The translations under genes and the position numbers were made by a program. From the NCBI GenBank assembly GCA_965112735.1, contig OZ218950.1, forward strand, positions 310,001 to 374,000: 64,000 nt of DNA. Direction: 5' to 3'. Shown in pieces: positions 26,458 through 38,713 of this stretch (within the stretch, counting starts at the first letter, position 1; each line of letters opens with the position of its first letter). A model generated the notes under the pieces. The model was not told the origin of the DNA. It ran no database searches and saw only the letters and a list, made by a program, of their open reading frames with translations. Source of the stretch: Phaeosaccion multiseriatum (Eukaryota; Protista; Ochrophyta, other classes).

Positions 26458-27737
26458 GCTGCTGCTCTTTTCAAGTCTTTGCTTGTGCGCTCCCTTGCTG
26501 TCCCCTCCCTAAGGTACTTGATCTTGCTCCCGTGCCCCTGGATACGGCTTCGACAGCTTCCGTCGGAGGAGGAGTGGGCCTCTCTGGCGGACCGAGACCG
26601 AGTGCTCCTGTGCATCAACCACCGCAGCTTCCTCGACAGCATCCTAGTGGTGGCTCTCTGTCCGCCGAGGTGGGCTCGTAGGTGCATCCCTGCCCGCCGT
26701 CAGTTTCTGCTCTCCTCTGCTCTCCTCTGCTCTGCTCCCCTCTCCTCTCCTCTCCCCTCCCCCGTTACTTCTATCATGCTCCATTGACCACCCGGGCTCA
26801 TCCCTCCGACCATGTCGCTCTGTGCTGCTGGCCTTGTGCCCCCTATCCACTGGCTTTGTCTCCCTGTCCCCTCGCGTCTCTCTCAAGGATCTTGAGGCGA
26901 TACCGTACGCTGATGAAGGCCAGCCTGTTCAAAGTGCCCCTTTTGGGGTCCATTAGCAAGGCCGTCGGCCACTTCCCTGTGCACTTCATCACTGAAGAAT
27001 ACGTAAGTTCATACTAAAGAAGTGGTGGGGGGGACGGTATGGACCTGCGCCTTCATTCCTTGGCTTTCGAGTTTCTTCGTTTTGCGACGGACTGCTTGAT
27101 CCACCCCTTCGTCCACATCCATCCACTGCCATCGCCTCTCAATACATTCAGCACATGTAGCTGCTCTGTCTCACCCGCCCCGCCACGGCCAACCCACACT
27201 CACGCACACACACAGGACGAGTTCAAGGTACAAAAGGACGTGATGGAGGAAGTCATGCGTGGCGTGGGGGAACACGTGTCCCGAGGGGGCGGGCTCAGCG
27301 TGTACCCGGAGGGGCGCATCAACATTGACCCCGGGGTGGATGTGCTTCCCTTCCGCAGAGGCATCTTCGGCCTCGCCCTCAAGAAACAGATGCACGTCGT
27401 GTGTCTCACGCTGGGAGGCAGCAGGGAGGCTTGGCCTAGAGAGGAGGCGGTGGGAGGACTCCCCTCCGACGTGTCGCTGAGGCTGGACAGCGTCAAGGAT
27501 GCGGGTGTGGATGGTTCGGAGGGTTCGAACGGCGGCAGCACGGGGGGCGGGGCGAGCGATGGTAGGAATGGTCATGGCGATGGCAGTACCGCGGAGCAGC
27601 AGCAGCAGTTGGTGATACAGCAGCAAGAGCTATCAGACAGGACCTTTGCCGTCATGAGTGCGGCTTTCAAGCGTGGCCTAACTGCTGTATCACCAACTGC
27701 TCAATCGGCGGCGAGGGCGGGCCGCAAGGAGGACTAG
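26104..27737 (+). CDS. PlsC/LPAAT-like glycerolipid acyltransferase; about 3 exons
   Basis: Motif I LCINHRSFLD, motif KASLFKVPLLG, motif III VYPEGR, motif IV LPFRRGIF. Confidence 0.88.
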
Positions 27738-29078
27738 AGAGGATGCTTCCCTCACATACATGGGCAAATGCTTGACAAAACTTCATGTATGCACTACTGA
27801 ATGGCCAGGGAGGTGTGTGCCAAGTGAGCTTGGGTAGCAGCGTCCGAGGGTGCCCACTTAGCAAGCTCTCTCAAACCCCTGTGGGAGCTGGTCCATCTGC
27901 TTGACTCTCCCACTACCCTCTCTACCCGCCATGGAGGGTAACCGTAAAGTTAAGCCATGGAGTGAAGGCAGCCATTGAGTGAAGTCGGTACCCTTGTACG
28001 GGGGGTCAGGACGCCTAGCAAGAGTGAGCCCACTCATCCTCATCTATCGTCAAAGATAATTATTTGTACAGTACGCAGGAGAAGGGGTGCCAATCGGGCC
28101 TTCCGTGAACACCCCTCCTCACCTGGGCCCTCTCTCTCTCTCTCTCTCCTCGCTCTCGCTCTCCGTGTCCCGGGCTGTGGTTCTCTGTCGTTCTTGCCTG
28201 ACCTCAACGTCCACCCTCTGATCTCCTTCTCCTTCTCTTTGTAACGACATCCTTCCTCTTTGTTACGACCTCCTTCTCTCTTTCGAGCCCCATAGGCCCG
28301 TAGCCTACAGCCAAAGGAGGGCTGCTGCACACCGTGAAGACGACCTCTCCCTCCCCCTTCTCCCCCTACTTGCCCCCCGTGGAAGGTGCTATACAAACGA
28401 ATGCCTTTTCCTAACACACACCTCCACTCCACTTCATCTCTTGTAATGCCTTTTCGTGGCACACACCTCCACTCCACTTCATGTCTTGTTGTAGTGGGTG
28501 CCTTGCGGTGTGTGCACTGCCGCGGACAACAAAAAACGACGGGTGTAAAAAAAACGAAGGAAGGCCTGTACCCTTTCTCTTCGTGGGGATTACACCCATC
28601 TTCTGCCCCTGTGTGGACTACTGATGAAACGCATGAAACGCATGAAACGCACAAGACCGTACAGCCCTGTGCATCTATCTACCTATGTATGATGATCGCC
28701 GGAGCACGTGTTCTTCTTCTCTCCATCTCCCCATCTGCCTAGTCGTGGTGGGAGAAGGCAAAGGCCGCCCCTGCTGGCGAGTCCGAGTCGGGGCTGTGAT
28801 CAAGGGGCGCTCCTCCCGTAGAAAACAAGGCGCGACGCTCTTCTCGCCTGAAGTAAGCAAGCAAGCAGCAAGGAAGGGGAGGGGAGGGGAGGGGAGGGGA
28901 GGGCTTGCGCACTCAGTTTCAGGATATAGACCTCGACCTCGACCTCGATCAAAATATCCGATGATATATACAATGTATCGGTATCGATTCGCGGCACAGT
29001 CGGAAAGTCGACATGCCAGGTGCAAGTGCATACGTACAGTATGTATGTGACTTTCAACTGGAACTGAAACGGGCTGAC

Positions 29079-29942
29079 TTACATCCGGAGGTCTTTGATG
29101 ATCTTTTTGCTCACTTCAAGCTCCTGCTGCAAGACGAGCACCTAAGCGGGGCAGTGAAAGTCATGTCATTATCGCAAGGAAGTAGAATGCTAGTCTTTGC
29201 TTGGGTCAAGGGCGGCCGCTAGGTTCTGAGCACCTCTCTCTCTCCCACCCCACTCCATTCTCTCCTCTCCGTCTGCTACCTTCTCTCCTCTCCCTCTCTC
29301 CCTCTCTTCTCTCTCTTCTCTCATCTCTCCTCTACTATCTCTCGCGTCACTCCTCCCTCTCCTCTCTTCTCCAGAGGGTCTCTTCTCTCCTCTCCCTCTT
29401 CTCCCTTGGCGCGAGTCCCACCCTCACCACAACACACCACCCCACCCCACCCCACCACTTCACCAGTTGGTTATCCACCATACCTGCTTGGAGAGCGCAT
29501 TGGTCCTTTCCCTGGTGGCGCGGGATGTGGAGCCGTGCTCTTCCGCCTCCTTCTTTGGCACCTGTCTCTCCCCGCCCCAGAACATGCGGCTCTGTCTCAG
29601 GGAAGGAGGGAGGGACAGAGAGACGGAAGGAGGGAGTGAGTAAGAGCGAAGCAGCAAAGGCAAGCCAACCGCAATATTCCTTTGAAGTGCCTTCTCCACC
29701 CCCACCCCCTCCCATGCACCCACCCACACACGCACACACACACAGACAGACTCGCACCATGCTCTTGCCCGTCTGACCCAGGCGCACGGGAGTGGAGGCC
29801 CCGGGGGACAGCGGAGGGCTGCTAGGCTCCTGGGGGGTGAGCGTGCCCGCGGCGGCGGACTTTGGATGTGACCCTGAGTACCAGCCTGCAGATGGCGGGC
29901 GGCTGCTTGACTGCCTTCGCGGGGGGGGCAGTCGGAAGAGAC

Positions 29943-30029
<87 letters not shown>

Positions 30030-33000
30030 ATGAGCAGGAGCGATAGCGCACCGACTTACTCATCGCCTCGATGGCTTGGAACACCACCTGAGCTGCTTTG
30101 ATCCCTCCCACCCATCCACTGCCATCCCCCCTCACTGACATACGCAACTCACCATTTCGATGGCCTGGAACTGCCTGAGCTGATCTCCGGTGAAGCTCTG
30201 AGAGATGCGCATGTACGCTTGCACCACATACCCCAGCATCACCTAAAGAAGAGGGGATGGGGTTGGAGTTGGAGTTTCAGTTGGAGAGGGACTCGGAGTT
30301 TGAGTTTGACTTGGACTTTGCCCACATGCCTGCCCACATGCCTGCCCACATGCCTCCAACTCCAAACTCATCTGCGCCTTCTGTTAATGACTCTACCCCT
30401 CTACCCCATATGCCTCCAACCCGCAGCCATTGCTCGCCACCCCCACCCCTACCCATATCTCTTTTCTCACCGGCAGGAGGGCATAACACACAGTGAGTCT
30501 GTATGCGTAAAAGAAGGTCCCTGCCAAGTGCTTGCCCGTGATCTCGGCCATTGCATCCATGAAGATGGGCCAGTTGGAGAGCAGCATCACATCGAGCATG
30601 GACAGGAGGGCAGTGGGGAAGTCTTCGAAGCCGATCACGTCGTGGTAGACGGACCAGCGCTTCAGCCCACTGGGGGAGGAGGGAGAGGTACAGAGGAGTG
30701 GGCATTGGAGCGTATCGATACAGTGAGGTGTAGGGAGGGGTCTGTCGGGCCTCCCAGAGGGCCTCTACGATAGATGGCAGTACATGGCAATACGATCGAC
30801 CGCCACTTGCTCTCGCTTGCCACTGAACAGAGTAAGTAAGCAGGCAAGCAAGTAGGCAAGCAGGCCAGCAGGAAGCAAGCAAGCAGTGCCAGCGGGGGTG
30901 GGTGGACTTGACTCACGGACTGGCTGCAACAGTACGCCCATCCAGTGCCTGCCATCCTTCTCTTTCCGTGACTTACTCGTGTCCTTCGAGCTTTGCATCT
31001 TCCCCGAAGCCGATGCTTGTACCGCAGAGGATGCCGTAGGCCAGCACAGAGCAGCTGTACACCAGTGCCAGCAGCACCAACGAGGACTGGACCAGAGCGG
31101 GGAAGGTCCGGGCCAGCCTGTGGGTGTGTGCGTGCGTGTGTGTGCGTGCACGCGCATATGTGGAGGCCGAATTAAAAGTAAAAAACACTCTGTCAGGTAC
31201 GTTTGTATAAAGTATGTATGTGTGTATGTATGTATGTATGTACGTATGTATGTATGTATGTATGCATGTATGTATGTATGTATGTATGTATGTGTACTCG
31301 CACGCACCTGTTGGCGACGAGGGAGAGGTTGCTGCCAAAGTCGTGAATGATGCCCCACAGAGTGACTGCGGAGGAGGAGGCCAGGGAGAGGGAGAGAGGG
31401 GAAGAGAGGAGGGGGAGGGGCAGAGAGATCCACATACACATAAAGAGAGAGAGCATGGAGAGAGACGGCGGGGAGGAGAATGAGGGATCGAGGGAGAGGT
31501 GAGAGAGAGGTAGAGAGAGGAGAGAGAGAAACAGAAGCAGAGTCACGGAGAGGGAGTACAGAGAGGCGCAGGATAAATACATGTCATCGGTCCCATAGTG
31601 CGCCCCTTCAACTTCAAGACAATTTCAAGAGTTCCCACAGCCCACTGCTAGCTCCTCCTGCTGCTGCTTGCAAGCGTGAGCCCCAGCCAACAGGCACATT
31701 CCTGGGTCAAGAGCCCGTCCACCCGCACGCACACATACACACATACACACGCACACACACACGCACACACACACGCACGCACACACGCATGCACACACGC
31801 ACGCACACACGCACACACTTCGTTACGTACCGAGCCTGAGACAGAGACAGAGCTCCAAGATGCGGAGGGCGGTCCTTCCTGGGGGCCACCACACAAGGTG
31901 CACAGAGCTCACCTGTTGGTGATACAGCAGGTGTTGATACAGCAGAGCGGGGAGAGGGGAGCATGGGAGAGGGGAGGGGGGAGGGGGGAGGGGGGAGAGG
32001 GGAGGGGGGAGAGGGTAGAGCACAAGGCAGAGCGAGAGGTAGGGCGAGGTACAGAGCAGAGAGCACTTCAGAATGGGAGGGTGGTAAGGAGGGCAGCGGA
32101 TGGCAGTGGATGGCAGTGGGGGGCAGGGAGGGTAGAGAGAGAAATGTGTGTGTGTGCCGGTGCAGGGCGCAAGGGACGGACTGGACCATCCATCGTTCCT
32201 ATTCATTCGCATCGTCGACATTTGTATTGGGGCTAAGGGTCCATAGTTAGGCACGAGACGGTGAGAAGGGGCACCACCAAAGGCAAAAACCGAAAGCCCA
32301 AACACTCGAAGACGAAGCTGAAACTGTACTCTTGAGCGTGTGAGTGACGAAGGACAATCGGCAAGTGTGAATGGAATGTAGAGACTCACCACGTTGACGA
32401 AGAGGTGGATGACGCACTGATAGCGCGTGAGGGTGTAACGGTTTCCGAAGGCGGCCCAGGTGATGAGCGAGTGCACCCAGAAGGCAAGCAGGACCACCAG
32501 TTGCTCCCTGCAGGGGCGGCGGTGTGGGTATGTGGGTGTGGGGGGGGGTGGGTGTGTGGGTGCGGGTGTGGGTGTGGGTGTGGGTGTGGGTGAGTGTTGC
32601 GTTTGAGAGAGAAAGACACGCTCAGCCATCCCTTCCTCTCTCCCTCTCTCTCTCTCCCTCCCTCCCTGCCTCACTCACCACGTCGGTTCGGAGTCCTTGC
32701 CGTATTTGCCTGTCTTGAGCACGAAGCTTTGGCCAATCACAAGCAAATACATGCCCACGCGGTAGGGCCGTACCACCAACTGCCCCTTACCCTGGGCCAA
32801 TCTCTTCTCCTCAGTCTCGCAGCAGAGGCAGTCTGGGCAGGGCAATTCCCACAGCCAGAGGGCCTTAGCCGAGCGGCTGGCCACCCTGCTCACCGTGTCC
32901 CACGCGGTCTCCACCCAGTACTCGTCATCGTCATCATCGTCGTCGTCCTCCTCCTTCTGGCCCTTCCCTCCTCCTCCTCCTCCTCCTCCTCCTCCTCCTC

Positions 33001-36000
33001 CTCCTCCTTCTCCTCTCTCCCCTCCAAGAAGGCAGATGCGCTCCCCTGCCTCTCCCGCAAGTCCCCCCCTGCCAGCACATTGATCCACACGTGCCTTCTC
33101 TGCCCGCTGAGCTTTCGTCAGACCGGCGTGACGAGGGTGAGCGGGCTCGACACTTGCATCGGCCAATGCGCAGGCCTGGAAGAAGGCTGGGCGAGTGAGG
33201 GAGAGTTCAGACCCCGAGGCCCCCGAGTCCGCTGGAGAGTGCAGCTGCTGTCCTCCTCCTCTCCAACCTGACCCCATTGGCGAGTGAAAATGATGCCCTC
33301 CTCCTCCTCCTCCTCCTCCTCCCCATCCTCCTCCTCCTCCTCTGCTAGAGGTGGGGGCGGAGGAAGGGCTCGTGGCGTCTACAGTGCCTCTGCGAGAAGG
33401 AGGAGGTCCGTCGGCACACATCTTTAGCAGCGCCGTGGCCACTTTGACGCTGATGTTGGGCTTGAGCTTCTCTATCAACGCCAACCACTGACTCAGCGAC
33501 ACCCCGCCCTCCTCACCCTCCCTTTCCTCCTCCTCCTCCGCCACCTCCACCTCGCGGCGGTGGTGCTGCTGCTCGGGAAGAAGACTCCATCCCTTCGCGT
33601 TGACGTCGAAGGAGTCACTGACTTCGTCGTCCACTTCATCGCTGTCGTTCGTCTTGTTGTTGCTGTTGTCGTCTTCTGCTTGGCTGTTGAGCCAACGCAC
33701 CCCCTTGGACAGCATGGCTTCTCCTCCTCCTCCCCCCCCTCGAATGCCCTCCTTACCACCACCACCACCACCACCTCCGGCCATGTTGGACGAGCTCGAC
33801 CGACTAGAAGAGGAGCCGAGGCCATAATAACCGTAGCCATTTCTGCTGCTCCTGCTCAAGAGGTGGAAGGCCTGATTCAAGGCCTTTGCACGGAACTTGG
33901 AGATCATCAGGTAGGCTTCCGTGTGCCTCATTTGAAACGACTTGTTGGCGACGGCGGTGACGAGGGCGGAGAGGAGAACCACATTGACCAGGGCGTAGGA
34001 TACGCAGAAGAATCGGATGCCCTTGGCGTCGTGGTAGAGCTCCTCAAGGTCGAGCATGAAGGGGATGCTCGCAAACCTTTCGCGTGAGGAGGGGGGGGGG
34101 GGGTGGAGAGTGAGTGGGTGATCTTGTGAGTGTGAGTGTGAGTGACGTCATACTTAACACGGGATAGTGAGTGGACAGTGCGTGCGTGTGTGAGCTTCTC
34201 AAAGGGTGGACAGCGAGTGGGCAGCAAGTGATGGTATGGTGGGGAGCATTTTCTTGACTTGTAGGAATCAACTCAAGAAGAAGGGGGGGGTTGCACAGTG
34301 AGTGGGGTAGACAATGAGTGAGCGGTATTGTTGGGTGGGAAATGGGGTGGTAGTTAGCGAGGGGCTACCGGGTGGCCTCTTCCACTTGGGTGACCTCTTG
34401 CACTTGGGTGACCTCTTGCACTTACATCCTCAGCATGGCGAGCACGGAGGAGGGCAGAGTGGTGAAGAGCCTGAGTTCAGTGAGGTAGGGGGCTTCCCTG
34501 GGAGATTGGGCATACAGGATGTGTCCCAAGAAGCCCCAGAAGAACATGAGGCAGGACACGAGCACAATGACCGGGGTGAGGCGGGGGAGGGTGGAGAGGA
34601 AGCCGCGCAGGATGTGCTTCAAGTACGTCTTCTTGGTGCTGTGGGAGTGGGGAAGGAAGGAAGGAAGGAAGGGAGGGAAGGACGGCAGCAGATGGGGAGG
34701 GGGGGGGGGTGAGAGACATACACTGCACATACACGTACACACTCACATACACACACGCTCACTCACACACACTCTCACACGCACGCTCATTCACACACAC
34801 ATACTCACATACACACACGCTCACTCACTCACACACACGCTCACTCACACACACACATGCACACACACTCACACACACACACACACATGTTGGTGATACA
34901 CACCAGATGATGAAGGGCGTGACGATGCGTCCCCAGCGGTAGTAGCGCTGACCCCACAGCCACCGCAGCACGAAGAAGGCCGACGTGTCTGCAAAGACGA
35001 CCGCCACCATGAGGACACGGGCGAGGTTCCAAGCCTCGTGCGATGTGAAGTGACTCGAGAAGATGGCCGAGGGGCGAAGGTGAAGCACGCAGCGGGGGCG
35101 TGTGTGCCACACCAGAGCAAGCTCGAAGAGGTATATGGGTAGGACGATGAGCAGCTCCATAAGGGAGGTGTAGAAGATGGAGGGGCGGTGTAAGAGGAAG
35201 CCTACGCGAGGAAGAGGGGGAGGGAGGAGGAGGAGGAGGAGGAGGAGGAGGAGGAGGAGGGAGAGAGGGAGAGAGGTGGATAATGCATGAGTGGTGGATA
35301 AAATTGAACAGGGGGCAGGGAGGGAAAGGAGGGGAGGGATGAGGGGAGGAGGAGGAGGGGGAGGAGAGAGTGAAACGTGTTCGTATGTGTACACCCACGC
35401 GGAAGCCCGGAAGCCTCTACCCGTATGCCTCTACCTGTATGCCTCTACCTGTATGCCTCTACCTGTATGCCTCTACCTGTATGCCTCTACCTGTATGCCT
35501 CCACCTGTATGCCTCTACCTGTATGCCTCTACCCGTATGCCTCTACCTGTATGCCTCTACCTGTATGCCTCTACCTGTGTGCCTCTACCCGTATGCCTCT
35601 ACCTGTATGCCTCTACCCGTATGCCTCTACCTGTATGCCTCTACCCGTATGCCTCTACCCGTATGCCTCTACCTGTATGCCTCTACCCGTATGCCTCTAC
35701 CTGTATGCCTCTACCTGTATGCCTCTACCTGTATGCCTCTACCTGTATGCCTCTACCTGTATGCCTCCACCTGTATGCCTCTACCTGTATGCCTCTACCC
35801 GTATGCCTCTACCTGTATGCCTCTACCCGTATGCCTCTATACCTGTATGCCTCTACCCGTATGCCTCTACCCGTATGCCTCTAACCGTATGCCTCTAACC
35901 GGAAGCCGCGTCGCACCTGTGACTGACTCGCTGACGATGCCCTCGTCGGGCCCCCAGTTCCTTCCGCATGAAGGCTCCTGTACGAAGGGCAGTAGGAGGT

Positions 36001-37330
36001 GCAGGAACCACACCCAGTAGAAGATCGTGTTGAAGCGCTTCGACCGCAGCACATCGTAGGCCTAAGGTAAGGGAGGGAAGGGTGGAGGAGAGAGGAGAAG
36101 AGGGCAGACGGGTGGTCGGGTGGTCGGATGCATTGGAAGTGCTGTGGAGTGGGGGGATGTTGACTCTGAGCACCTTCTCTCTCTCTCTCCATCTCTTACT
36201 CTCTTTCTCTCTACTCTTTCTCTCTCTCTTTCTCTCTCCCCCACTCTCTCTCTCTTTCTCCCTCTTCCCTCTCTCCCCCTCTCTCCCCCCCCCCCTCTCT
36301 CCCTCTTGTATATATACTATTATATTAGCACCACACGTCTTTCGCTGCCCTACCTTGAGCTGTCCCGCAGTGTGTATGCACGGCGGTGCCCGACGGCCGA
36401 TAACAGCGTCTCGGATACAGTGAGCGGCCAACGCCACCACGTCAAGGTCAGGGGAGTTCGGAGCGTGCTTGACCTCTTCCTCCTCACACGAGGGCCAAGC
36501 TTCGGCCTGGGGAGGGAGGGAGGGAGGGAGGAAGGGAGGGAGGGAAGGGAGCAAGCTCCACAGAGTGAGGGCTGAGCACGCTGACGAGACTGGAGTAGGT
36601 GCAACGGCGCGGGCGAGGGGGGAGGAGGAGGGGCAGTGGCAACAGGGCAACAAGGAAGATCGCGCTCCTTCACTGGCGACGCCCCTGGCAGCATCCACAT
36701 GAGTGGGTGCGAGGGCGGCGAATCAGGCCACGGACGTCTTTCATGCAACCAAAAGCCTTCTTCCCTGCTTACATACCTACTCTCCCTCAAGGTCACGTCT
36801 CCAATCATCTAATCAAAAGCCTTCCCTCTCCTTCTGCCTAAGATCTATCCTCGACGCCTCGATATGCAATCAAAAGCCTTCCCTCTCTGTCTGTCGAACA
36901 TCTATCCTCGACGTCTCGATATAGAACCAAAAGCCTTAATCTACCCTTTATTTTCTTGTGGGGTACGTCGTTCTATACCTACATCTCTCCATCCTCCCTC
37001 CCTCACCTCGTGTGCGAGCAGCCTCCACCGATAGCTCCTCTCCAGCAAGTCTTCAGAGACGATGGGCTTTGGAGGGTGGCGTCTCCTGAAGGTGGCTGTG
37101 GCAGGGGCGGTTCTGAGCACACCGGCTGCGCGGAAGGCGCTCTGGACGCCCCTCTGCAGTCGCCCCCACCCCCTGCTCTTGCTCGCCCCCGCCTTCTCCC
37201 CTCCCCAATCTCGGGCCGGTTCTGCTCGCGCAACAGCGGGCGCGGCCACATGAGCAACTGGCGCCCGTGGCTCTGCTTGTTCTAACTCTGGCTCTGGAAT
37301 GGTCAGTTCAGTAGGAACGAGTGAAGCCAT
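29079..37330 (-). CDS. Two-pore channel (TPC)-like cation channel; many exons
   Basis: AAHCIRDAV N-terminal motif, LLPFVQEPS after S1, S4-like RYYRWGRIVTPF, S5 FWGFLGHILY, S6 FFCVSYALVNVVLLSALVTAV, EF-like linker VSLSQWLALI, second pore GFEDFPTALLSMLDVMLLSNWPIFMD. Last exon VLVLQQELEVSKKIIKDLRM*. Confidence 0.75.
35413..35900. repeat. 14-bp minisatellite (GCCTCTACC(T/C)GTAT)n, about 34 copies, intronic
   Basis: Directly visible. The array abuts a 5' splice donor of the TPC gene. Confidence 0.95.
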
Positions 37331-38086
37331 CTAGGAGGGCGAATGTGGCGAGAAGGAGAGAGTGGAAGCAGAAAGGGAGGAGAGAGAGGGGAGGGGGGGC
37401 AAAGAGGGGGGGTAGGAGAGTAAGATATCTTCGTCTGACCAGCACAAAAGATGTTTTCCCTCTTGCGGCGGGGACGTTTTTGAAGTAGGCAGATAAGGCC
37501 ATTGAAGAGGGGGAGAAAGATTGTCGTGGAGAGATCAAGAGAGAGAGACAAATAATGATGATGAAAAAGGGAAAAGCTGATCAGAGAGTGATTACCTTCA
37601 GGCAGGCCTTGCTCGCTCCCTCGCTCACCCACCCTGTGGTACAGCGCGGAAAGAAAACCCTGTGGGGGGCTCAGTGCGTTGAGAGCCCCTGGACAGACCG
37701 CCGCTTCAGGTCAACCAAATCCTTGCCTTCTAATCGTCTTCGCCCCTCTCTTTCCCCCCGCCCTTTTCTCTTTATTTTTATTCTTGCTCCCTTCTCTCCT
37801 TCCTTTTTTCTTGCTTGGCTTTCCGAAGCCCCGAACCCTCGAAGGGCAAATAGCAAAATTAAATTTTAGTTTCAGTTCTCCTTGGATTCTTCATTTCCGT
37901 GATTATCTTTCCGTACATACAACCAAACCCCCCCCCTTCCCTACTCCCCTCTCCCCTCCCAAAACGTCCGTCACAACGCGGAAACACGGCGGCTCCCTCC
38001 CCTCTCCCGTTCCTCCTCGTGGGAAGCAACAAGCAACCCACCCTCATCCCCTCCCCCCCACCCCCTCTCGACTCGGAAACAATCCA

Positions 38087-38353
38087 TCGGCCCCCCGCGG
38101 GGCTTCTCGGGCTCCGGGCTTCGGGCTCCGGGCTTCTAGGCCATAGCCCCCTCCAGGCTTCGGGCTTCTGGCCGCAGGCCAGACGTCTGGGCTTCGGGCT
38201 TCTCAGGCGGGGAAAAAAAATGGGAGACTTGGGCTTCTCGCTACTTTCCTGCAGGCTTCTGGCCGCAGGCCAGCCCCGGGCTTCTTGCTTTCGGCCGCAG
38301 GCCGTCTCAGGCTTCTGCGTATCGGGGGCCCGAGAAGCCCCGCGGGGGGCCGA
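38087..38353. mobile_element. 267-bp MITE with ~29-bp TIRs and 6-bp TSD
   Basis: TIR TCGGCCCCCCGCGGGGCTTCTCGGGC and its reverse complement. AATCCA direct repeat at 38081-38086 and 38354-38359. Internal GGGCTTC repeats. Confidence 0.85.
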
Positions 38354-38364
38354 AATCCACCCAA

Positions 38365-38680
38365 TCATGCCTGCGCCATGAGGGGCACATAGCCCTCCTG
38401 CGCCTTTGCGAGCTCCTCCAGTACGAAGGCAAGGAGGTCCGGGTCTCTCCTCTCCATGCTCAGGCTGAGCTTGGGCACACCCTCGGCATCCGTTACCTTC
38501 TCAAAACCTGCGGCCTTGAGAAGCGTCACGCCCCCCACGCAGTTCGCCACCCGAGTCCTTGAAGAGAGGAAAGGCGGGCAGATGGCAATTGATGGTGGGG
38601 GAGGGGGGCGTTAAGTTGTGTGTGACACTGGTGAAAGGGGAGTAAGAGAGACAGAGAATTTGGAAAGGGGAGAGAGCGAA

Positions 38681-38713
<33 letters not shown>

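Noticed and set aside
35291-36020. MPLPVCLYLYASTC repeat ORFs
   Set aside because: Translations of a 14-bp intronic minisatellite.
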